Shown here piece by piece: positions 28,401 through 34,925 of a stretch of 64,000 bases of DNA. The notes under the pieces were generated by a model. That model was not told the origin of the DNA. It did not search any database and saw only the letters and a list, made by a program, of their open reading frames with translations. Within the stretch, counting starts at the first letter, position 1, and each line of letters opens with the position of its first letter. This DNA is from Ignavibacteriales bacterium (GTDB lineage: Bacteria > Bacteroidota > Ignavibacteria > Ignavibacteriales > Ignavibacteriaceae): positions 24,945-88,944 of the forward strand of contig DPRR01000014.1 in NCBI GenBank assembly GCA_003538625.1, written 5' to 3'. Both the position numbers and the translations under genes were made by a program.

Positions 28401-28821
28401 AGTTTGGGTCTGAATGATTGTTATTGTATCGGGTAAAAGTTTTTGTAGCGGAATTATATTTACTTAATCCGGTTAGTGTACCGCCGATCCAAAGCGTACC
28501 ATCCTTTGCAACAAGCATCGCATTTCCCGCATTATCGTTTAAGGATAAACTATCATCGGGATTTCTATTAAAAATTTCAAAATTGTATCCGTCAAATTTG
28601 TTTAGACCATCTTCAGTGCCAATCCAGATAAATCCATCATGGTCTTGCACAATTGAAATAACCCGATTTTGGGATAAGCCATTACTAGAGGTAATCCGAT
28701 TAAATTTAACTGGTTTTTTCTGAGCGATAGCAATTGAAGTAAACATTAATAATATCAGAAAAAATGCCGAGTATTTAGACGAGAGTTTTAGATTTAAATT
28801 ATTTACCATATTAGTTTCCAT
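25465..28821 (-). CDS. Periplasmic two-propeller/Y_Y_Y sensor fused to TM, coiled coil and PP2C/SpoIIE phosphatase
   Basis: 1118 aa with a signal peptide and canonical regulator-propeller repeats. FKLENYEDDW...YVFRVKGSNNDGLWN, PPWWRTNLAY plus TM, ENQRKTKELEEARQLQLSMLPK, and SpoIIE motifs ending PDDDVTFVVIKVK. Confidence 0.85.
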   Translation of the reverse strand: METNMVNNLNLKLSSKYSAFFLILLMFTSIAIAQKKPVKFNRITSSNGLSQNRVISIVQDHDGFIWIGTEDGLNKFDGYNFEIFNRNPDDSLSLNDNAGNAMLVAKDGTLWIGGTLTGLSKYNSATKTFTRYNNNHSDPNSLAEDIIVSLNEDTNGNLWIATRNKGFDYMKVNEGKFIHMINMLPPDYKIPENKIFFIHQDKQNNLWIGGAGKIHYFKISYSQAGVPILQPIKIENQILKTAATSIKEDNDGNIWIGTPGEGLFRFDYKDKTLKKFEITDGNTLLNSLIIIALESDEIGNLWIGGLPIDDNPDAERETVPGLLRLNIQSKEIEKFLVDPKDQKSLSSNRILSLLVDKTGVLWVGTYLSGLNVYDKSVIKFSLVATDQDETNKIKGPIRGFYIDNNKILWIASQGGGLISYDRSKDKYEFFTHSENEPSSISDDIVRSIYDDGKYMWIGTDQGLNRFDKKTKTFKRFYIDPSNPNLNVNGINYNIIEIDKMPGYLWFGTNGSGLVRFDKEKETFKKYTYDPEDAASLSSRANHVRTVWYSKSRPDELWAGTTNGINILNLKTETFRYYNYNPKDSTSLSHPNVLNFYEDKRGYIWIATYGGGLNRFDPKTEKFLRLTQENSGLPNNGVYGSLPDEEGNLWISTNNGITKFNPNTFQFRNYSVDDGLQSEEFNGGAYYKAPDGEMFFGGIKGFNYFYPSEVIDNKFIPNIVLTDLKIFNESVKVGGDSPLKVQISKTDEIVLPYWQNDISFEYVALHYSNPSKNKYAFKLENYEDDWRYVGNVRIATYTNLDPGEYVFRVKGSNNDGLWNEEGKSIRLIIKPPWWRTNLAYASYFVILLVGGFSFDRYQRSRIKSTEQRRAQLALLRAENQRKTKELEEARQLQLSMLPKNLPQLPQFDIAVYMKTATEVGGDYYDFHVGMDGTLTVVIGDATGHGMRAGTMVTTTKSLFSSHASNPDILFTFQEITRCIKTMNMHMLSMCLTILKINGNKMQISAAGMPPALLYRDKTKLVEEIILKGMPLGAVQDFPYELRETEINPGDTILLMSDGLPELFNKEKEMFGYERVMDIYKNSASKNPEEIIDELKSEGNSWSDNKEPDDDVTFVVIKVK

Positions 28822-28826
28822 TTAAA

Positions 28827-28856
28827 TTTTACTTTTATTACCATAAACGTTATCGC
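28827..28856 (-). pseudogene. Fossil 3' end of a lost SpoIIE-phosphatase paralog (about 10 codons, stop lost)
   Basis: The minus strand reads GCG ATA ACG TTT ATG GTA ATA AAA GTA AAA (AITFMVIKVK), compared with the paralog terminus VTFVVIKVK*. 20 of 22 nt are identical to the end of 25465..28821. It abuts the start codon at 28821. Confidence 0.45.
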
Positions 28857-28974
28857 TCTCTTTTTACAGTTATGGTATCTGCTTGTTTGCTAAGAAATTT
28901 AAAGTTTTCCTAAGGATTGCTTTGTCCCATTGGGACTAGCAATTACGATCTCTAAATCTCTCGAATAAAAAAAT

Positions 28975-29007
28975 TTATTTACCTTTATCACTTTAGGTTA
29001 CATCAGC
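28975..29007 (-). pseudogene. Second fossil 3' end of a SpoIIE-phosphatase paralog
   Basis: Plus-strand TTATTT-ACCTTTATCAC...ACATCA matches the true gene ends at 13313 and 17694 (TTATTTTACCTTTATCACAAC...CACATCATC). The middle 8 nt are scrambled and the frame is broken by a stop. Confidence 0.4.
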
Positions 29008-29029
29008 ATTGAATGCTTTAAAATAATTC

Positions 29030-30637
29030 TTAAAGCTTTTTAAGAATCAGTGCTGTAATATCATCGCTTTGTGGAGCTGTGCCAGTATGACCTTTTACAT
29101 CATTAACTAAGGCATTTATAAATTCTTGAGAAGAAATATGTGCGTTGTTCTGAAAAAAGCTTATCATTCTTTCGTCAGAAAATTCTTCTTCCTGTTCATT
29201 CATTGCTTCAGGGATACCGTCAGTATACAAAAAGAGCTTATCGCCGGAATTAATAATTGATTTTTGTCCTGCAAAAGGAATCCCAAAATCAAACATGCCC
29301 AAACCAACACCGCCGGCATCAAGTTTTTCAAGTGTCCCATCTTTTCGTAATAAAAAGATCGGGTTGTGACCTGCATTCACTATATCCAGTTCACCTGTAT
29401 GTGAATCAAGAACAGCAATAAAAAACGTTATATATTTATCGGAAGGAGATGACTTATAAATTAATTTATTTAATCTATCAGACATTTCAGTTAAGGGGAT
29501 ATCAAATTGCAAATAAGAGTAAAGCGCAGCATCTAAAGTACTGACAAGAAGTGCAGCGCCAATTCCTTTTCCGGCTACATCAGCAATAATAAAGGCAAAT
29601 TTGCCTCTGCCAAGATCGATACAATTATAATAATCACCTCCAACTTCTTTGGACGGAATATTTATTCCCGAAAATTCGTAGCCGGCTATTTTGGGAAGTT
29701 CAGTGGGTAGAATTCTTTGTTGAATTGAAGCGGCAACAATTAATTCCTGCTCCATTTTTTCTTTTTCAATTGCCTGATCATTCAAAAACTGATTTTCTAT
29801 TGAAACCTGAACCTGTCTGGCAACTGCATCAAGAAGCATTTTATCAAGTTCATTAAATGCAGTTGTATTGTGCCGTGTTTCCTTTTCAGATAGAACAAAA
29901 TTGTACAAACGGTCATTGTGCTCAAATGAAGATTCCATTTTAAATCTACTGGTAAGAATTTTATCAGGGTCAATTCCAGTGGGAAAAACGATATATCTTT
30001 TATGATTGTTCTGAGATTTTTTTACTATTTCAATTAATGCTGAGGATGCATTTGTCATTGAAGTGATACGTGCAAGTGCAATATCGTACAAATCACTTTT
30101 TTTATCATAACGTGAAATCTCGATACCGGCATCGATTAGATTATTAAGATGCAGCACTCTTTCATTTAACTCAAATATCAGTGCCTTTTCTTTTTTCTGA
30201 TTTAAAAAAGATTTGTAAGCACTATCAAAAACCTGAAGAAGTATTTGTAAAGTTATTTTATCAAAATCCGTGAAATTTGATTTATCAAACTTAGGGCCGA
30301 TTAAAATTCCCAAATATGTTTTATCAGCAAGAGGAAGTGTAATGGATACTTCAATCCTTGGATCATCAAAATATTTTAATGATGGATTTTCAGAATCATG
30401 AAGAAAAGATGAATATGATGGATCAGGGATTTTCTTTAATGAAATGTTACTCCAATTAGAATCATTAGCTAATTTATGGAAAGAATAAATTTCCGTGATG
30501 ATAAAATTTCCTCTTATTATGTGAAGGAAGTTTTTTACCATTTCCAGAAAACTGAATGACTTTGAAAGAAGTTCAAATCCTTCCTGAAAAGACTCAACCT
30601 GCAAAGCAAGTTTTTCTACAAGATTATTATTTACCAC
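29030..30637 (-). CDS. Cytoplasmic GAF-like sensor fused to a PP2C/SpoIIE phosphatase (RsbU/RsbP-like)
   Basis: 535 aa with no TM segment. About 300 aa of N-terminal sensory region, then ELIVAASIQQRILP, VGGDYYNC, ADVAGKG, YTDGIPEA and SDDITALILKKL. Confidence 0.8.
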   Translation of the reverse strand: MVNNNLVEKLALQVESFQEGFELLSKSFSFLEMVKNFLHIIRGNFIITEIYSFHKLANDSNWSNISLKKIPDPSYSSFLHDSENPSLKYFDDPRIEVSITLPLADKTYLGILIGPKFDKSNFTDFDKITLQILLQVFDSAYKSFLNQKKEKALIFELNERVLHLNNLIDAGIEISRYDKKSDLYDIALARITSMTNASSALIEIVKKSQNNHKRYIVFPTGIDPDKILTSRFKMESSFEHNDRLYNFVLSEKETRHNTTAFNELDKMLLDAVARQVQVSIENQFLNDQAIEKEKMEQELIVAASIQQRILPTELPKIAGYEFSGINIPSKEVGGDYYNCIDLGRGKFAFIIADVAGKGIGAALLVSTLDAALYSYLQFDIPLTEMSDRLNKLIYKSSPSDKYITFFIAVLDSHTGELDIVNAGHNPIFLLRKDGTLEKLDAGGVGLGMFDFGIPFAGQKSIINSGDKLFLYTDGIPEAMNEQEEEFSDERMISFFQNNAHISSQEFINALVNDVKGHTGTAPQSDDITALILKKL

Positions 30638-30706
30638 TTTAATTTTATCTTTATAATGAATGGATAATTACTTTGCTGCTCAAACAAAAGTAATACGAAA
30701 ATAATT

Positions 30707-30738
30707 TGTGCTGCCACAGAATAGTCCGCGGCAGCACA
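30707..30738 (-). terminator. Stem-loop between the STAS gene and the GAF-phosphatase gene (possible attenuator or processing site)
   Basis: TGTGCTGCC-14 nt-GGCAGCACA is a 9-bp GC-rich stem. Only a weak T-rich tail follows it on the minus strand. Confidence 0.35.
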
Positions 30739-30757
30739 ATGAAACTTAAAAAGAAAA

Positions 30758-31093
30758 TTAGCTGTTTAAAGCCGCATCAACAGTATCAGCTTTTTCCGCA
30801 AACTGAAATAAACCCATTATAGAAAAAGTTTTTTCTATCGTGGGATCAAGGTTTGTAAATACCAATTTGCCGTTTCCCTGATTAAGTATTTCAATAACTT
30901 CAATCAAATGAGAAATGCCGATTGAATTTACAACTTTCGAATTTTCAAGATTAAGTATAAGTTTATTAACATCTGAATGTTTAGTAAACTCCTGAACAAT
31001 TTTTTCACCACCGATATTATTTATATATCCTTCGGTTTTTATTACAAGAGTTTTATCGTGTAATTCTGAATTCAAACTAAAATCTGTGCTCAT
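30758..31093 (-). CDS. STAS-domain anti-sigma-factor antagonist (RsbV/SpoIIAA-like)
   Basis: 111 aa. LNLENSKVVNSIGISHLIEV carries the conserved phospho-Ser position. It begins 13 nt after the kinase gene. Confidence 0.85.
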   Translation of the reverse strand: MSTDFSLNSELHDKTLVIKTEGYINNIGGEKIVQEFTKHSDVNKLILNLENSKVVNSIGISHLIEVIEILNQGNGKLVFTNLDPTIEKTFSIMGLFQFAEKADTVDAALNS

Positions 31094-31106
31094 TAAATCT
31101 CTCCAC

Positions 31107-31523
31107 TTAGATTAATTTTTTAATAATTGTAATTCGTGTTCCATTAGGACCTGATTCAATAATCAGATCATCTGACATTGACTTCATAAGTTTTAAACCC
31201 CAACCTCTTTTATGAGAACTATGTATTTTATCTGTGATTTGAGGATTTTCTACTTTTTCAGGTTCAAACCCGGGTCCAAAATCTGTAACAAGTATAATTA
31301 GCTTTTCAGTCCCCATATCAAATTCAACATCAACATGAGGGTTATTTTCTCCGGAGTGTTCAAGTGCATTAATAATAGCTTCCGTAACTATCAATTTTGC
31401 TTCGCTAATCTTTTCATGCGGAATACCCAGATGCTTACCCATAATTTGTAAGCTTTCAATAGCAACCAATTCTACATCCGGAATATTTGGAAGCTTTATT
31501 TCCAGTTTAACATTTTCCTTCAT
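31107..31523 (-). CDS. RsbW/SpoIIAB-type serine kinase / anti-sigma factor (HATPase_c)
   Basis: 138 aa. N-box [11 protein letters not shown]1 DFGPGF and G2 RGWGLKLM. The size is typical of partner-switching kinases. Confidence 0.85.
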   Translation of the reverse strand: MKENVKLEIKLPNIPDVELVAIESLQIMGKHLGIPHEKISEAKLIVTEAIINALEHSGENNPHVDVEFDMGTEKLIILVTDFGPGFEPEKVENPQITDKIHSSHKRGWGLKLMKSMSDDLIIESGPNGTRITIIKKLI

Positions 31524-31636
31524 AAAATTTCTTTCTTACTGAATTAGTAATGAGTTATTAATAACGGATTAGTACGTTGGGAATATAACATAAATTTTAA
31601 AATTGTTTAAAGGTTATTAATGCATTTAAATAAATA

Positions 31637-34600
31637 TTACTTTACTCTGATAACAACAAAACTTATATCATCATCCTGAATTCTGCCGTTCATCCAATCA
31701 TCACCGGCAACAACAAGATGATTAATTATTTCTTCGGGATGATTAGATGCTACACTTTGGAAATTACTTTTAACACGCGAATAATCAAACATCTCCTCGT
31801 CTAAATTCATTTGTTCAGGCAGTCCATCTGTTAATAATAAAATTATATCACCACTGTTAATCTCTTTTTCAATCACTTTATAAGGAAAGTTCCTCATCGC
31901 ACCCAGCGGCATACCCTGAATTACTAATTCTTCAACATCATTTGAACTGCTGTTATAGAAAAAGATTGGAGGCATTCCTGCACTGGTAATTTTCAATTTA
32001 CTGCCTTCAATCTTTAGATAACTAAAAGACATTAAAATTCTTCCTAATTCAATCTCTTTTATCATTCTGCTGCAATGATTCATAAATTCTGACATTCCGA
32101 GTTTGGATGAGTCTGAAGTAAAAAATCCTTTCATTAAAGTTACCATCGTTCCAGCCTGAAGACCGTGACCTGTTGCATCACCAAAGGCAACATACAATCC
32201 GTTGTTTTCTATTATTCTAAAATCGTAGTAGTCTCCACCTACTTCAGTTGCAGTTCTCATAAATGCAGCTATTTCAAGATTAGGTAGTACGGGCAATTTT
32301 TTAGGAAGCATCGATAGCTGAAGTTGTCTTGCTTCTTCAAGCTCTTTTGTTTTTCTCTCATTCTCAATTTCAAGTGCTCGCTTTTCAGCTTCTGTTGCCT
32401 TAATACGTAAAGCTGATTCCCGGATTTGAGCTTTTTGTTCCCGTCTGTTAATTTCTACTTGTCTTATAAAATATAAAAGACCAAAGAATGAAATAAAGTA
32501 AATTGCATATGCAAGATTAGTTTTCCACCATGGCGGAGAAACGTGGACAAGCAATGATGTACCTTCCTCATTCCAAACACCATCATTATTTGAACCAATT
32601 ACTCTTAATGTATAATCACCAGGAGAAAGGTTTGTGAATGTGACTCTATTATTATTTCCTAACTGAATCCAGTTTGCGTTAAAGCCTTCAAGTTTGTACC
32701 GGTACTGATTATTGAAATTGTTATAGTAACTTAACGCAGAAAACTCTAGTGTAACAATATTATCCTTATAGGTAATTGATATTTCTTTCATCTCAGAAAT
32801 ACCTTTTTCAATTATAGGTTTACCTTCCTGATCATCCGTATTATATCTTATGTAGTTTGTAATAACAATCGGAGGCACATAAGTGTTCCCGGTAATCCGA
32901 TCCGGATTAAATACATTAAATCCGTTAACACCTCCGAATAACAGATTACCAGTTTTACTGTCTTTTGCAAATGCGTTTTGATTAAATTCATTATTCTGTA
33001 ATCCGTCTGAGGAATAATAATTTGTAAAAGTTTCGCTGGCAGGATTAAACTTAGATAAACCATTATTTGTACTTAACCAGAGATTTCCATTGTTGTCTTC
33101 AAGAATCCCATAAATAAAATTATTGCAAAGTCCATCTTTTTCACTGTATGTTTTAAATTTATTTTCATCTGAGTAAAAACGGCATAATCCTTTTGTTGTA
33201 CCCAACCACATATTACCTTTAGAATCTTTAAACACTCTTATAATATTATCATCACCGATGCTATTTGGATCTTTTGGATTGTTAATGAAATGCCTGAATG
33301 TTTTTTTAGATTTATCAAATATATTTACACCGCCGCCAAATGTTCCAACCCAAATATTTCCGGAATTATCCAATGCTAAAGACCATGTTCTGTTTGAGCT
33401 TAATGAAGTGCTGTCTTTTCCGTCGTATTTATAAGTGTTTATACGTCCTGAATTGCGTTCAAGCATATTAAGTCCGCCTTCATAAGTTCCTATCCAGATA
33501 TTTCCGTCTGCATCCTCAATGATGGCATAAATTCGATTATCCGAAATTGAGTTCTGATCAGATGGATTATGAACATAGGATTTAAAGATTCCTGTTTCCG
33601 GATTAAAGGAATTCAAACCGCTGCTAAAACTGCCAATCCATAATGTACCGGATCTGTCTTCAAATAGCGCTTGAATTGAGTTATCGATCAAACTATTTGG
33701 ATTAGATGGGTTGTGTGAGTAGTTATAGAAATTTTTTGTTTTATAATCAAACTTATCTAAGCCGCCTTTTCTGGTACCGATCCAATAATTACCTTTTCTA
33801 TCAACCAGCATAGAATAAACGTTATTATCCTTAAGACTATTTTTTCTTTCCGGAATATTGAAATAATGTTCAAACACCTGGGAAGATGGATCAAAATAAT
33901 TTACACCGCCTGTATTTGTGCCGATCCAGATTAAGCCGCTTCTATCTTCATAAATTGAAAAAATAAAATTATCATCTAAACTTTTTGGATCGGATGGATC
34001 GTTTTTAAAACTAATAAATGTATTTGAATTAGGATCAAATTTATTTAATCCTCCTTTTACCGTTCCAACCCACAAATTACCTTTTAAATCTTCAAACAAA
34101 GGCCAGACCCAATTATCGCTCAAACTATTCGGGTTACCTGCAATATTTTTAAAATGCTGAAACTTTCCTGTTTTTTCATCAAGTTTATCCAGACCATTAA
34201 AAGTGGCAACCCATAATGAACCGTTTTTATCCCTTAGTACAGAATAAACTTTATTATCGCTTAATGATGAATTATCATTTGGATTATGCATGTAAACTTT
34301 TTTCTCGCCGGTTTTTTTGTTTTCCATAGTTAAACCGACTTCCTTCCCTAAACCACCTCGCCAGGTTATATCTTTTCCATCAAAATAAATGGCTTTTACA
34401 GTACTCATTTTAAAACTAGACAAATCAAGTTTGCCGGGTTCAAGAATTTTAAAGGATTCATCTAAGGGATTGTATTTATTTAGCTTGCCTGACTGTGTTT
34501 CTATATATAATCCACCGGCTTTGTCTTCATAGATTGAAAAGATAAAATTATCAGAAAGACTGGTGCTGTCGTTCGATATATTTTTAAATACTTTAAAGTT

Positions 34601-34807
34601 ATAGCCATCGTATCTGTTTAATCCATCCTGCGTTCCAAACCACATAAATCCATCTTTATCCTGGAAGATGCAGGTGACTGCACTTTGAGAAAGACCATTT
34701 TCTACAGTAAGATGATTAAAAGAAACATGATTTTGAGAAAACATTTCTGAAAAGAGTAATAGAATAGAAGTAAGACAAAACAGAATCTCCCTGAACATAA
34801 AAAGCAT
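31637..34807 (-). CDS. Periplasmic two-propeller/Y_Y_Y sensor fused to TM, coiled coil and PP2C/SpoIIE phosphatase
   Basis: 1056 aa with a signal peptide and many GLSxNxVxxIxxDxxGxxWIGTxxGGLNxFD repeats. YKLEGFNANW...YTLRVIGSNNDGVWN, PPWWKTNLAY plus TM, ENERKTKELEEARQLQLSMLPK, GDATGHGLQAG, and DDDISFVVIRVK. Confidence 0.85.
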   Translation of the reverse strand: MLFMFREILFCLTSILLLFSEMFSQNHVSFNHLTVENGLSQSAVTCIFQDKDGFMWFGTQDGLNRYDGYNFKVFKNISNDSTSLSDNFIFSIYEDKAGGLYIETQSGKLNKYNPLDESFKILEPGKLDLSSFKMSTVKAIYFDGKDITWRGGLGKEVGLTMENKKTGEKKVYMHNPNDNSSLSDNKVYSVLRDKNGSLWVATFNGLDKLDEKTGKFQHFKNIAGNPNSLSDNWVWPLFEDLKGNLWVGTVKGGLNKFDPNSNTFISFKNDPSDPKSLDDNFIFSIYEDRSGLIWIGTNTGGVNYFDPSSQVFEHYFNIPERKNSLKDNNVYSMLVDRKGNYWIGTRKGGLDKFDYKTKNFYNYSHNPSNPNSLIDNSIQALFEDRSGTLWIGSFSSGLNSFNPETGIFKSYVHNPSDQNSISDNRIYAIIEDADGNIWIGTYEGGLNMLERNSGRINTYKYDGKDSTSLSSNRTWSLALDNSGNIWVGTFGGGVNIFDKSKKTFRHFINNPKDPNSIGDDNIIRVFKDSKGNMWLGTTKGLCRFYSDENKFKTYSEKDGLCNNFIYGILEDNNGNLWLSTNNGLSKFNPASETFTNYYSSDGLQNNEFNQNAFAKDSKTGNLLFGGVNGFNVFNPDRITGNTYVPPIVITNYIRYNTDDQEGKPIIEKGISEMKEISITYKDNIVTLEFSALSYYNNFNNQYRYKLEGFNANWIQLGNNNRVTFTNLSPGDYTLRVIGSNNDGVWNEEGTSLLVHVSPPWWKTNLAYAIYFISFFGLLYFIRQVEINRREQKAQIRESALRIKATEAEKRALEIENERKTKELEEARQLQLSMLPKKLPVLPNLEIAAFMRTATEVGGDYYDFRIIENNGLYVAFGDATGHGLQAGTMVTLMKGFFTSDSSKLGMSEFMNHCSRMIKEIELGRILMSFSYLKIEGSKLKITSAGMPPIFFYNSSSNDVEELVIQGMPLGAMRNFPYKVIEKEINSGDIILLLTDGLPEQMNLDEEMFDYSRVKSNFQSVASNHPEEIINHLVVAGDDWMNGRIQDDDISFVVIRVK

Positions 34808-34878
34808 CCTGATTAAAATGAAAATAGTTTAATGCTAATATTTTAATTAATTCATTGTTTAATCCAAAATATTATTAT

Positions 34879-34917
34879 AAAAAAAAAGCCCTTGATTTTA
34901 GTTTTAAATCAAGGGCT
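34879..34917 (-). terminator. Rho-independent terminator of the T9SS-cargo gene
   Basis: Minus-strand AGCCCTTGATTT-7 nt-AAATCAAGGGCT is a 12-bp perfect stem followed by a run of 9 T. Confidence 0.8.
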
Positions 34918-34925
34918 AAATGTAT

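Noticed and set aside
8201-34807. Search for a sigma factor, RsbR/S/T-like stressosome genes or a diguanylate cyclase/HK output within the phosphatase array
   Set aside because: None of the ORFs shows sigma-70 region 2/4 motifs, additional STAS-scaffold proteins or GGDEF/EAL motifs. Their absence is reported as an observation, not as a feature.
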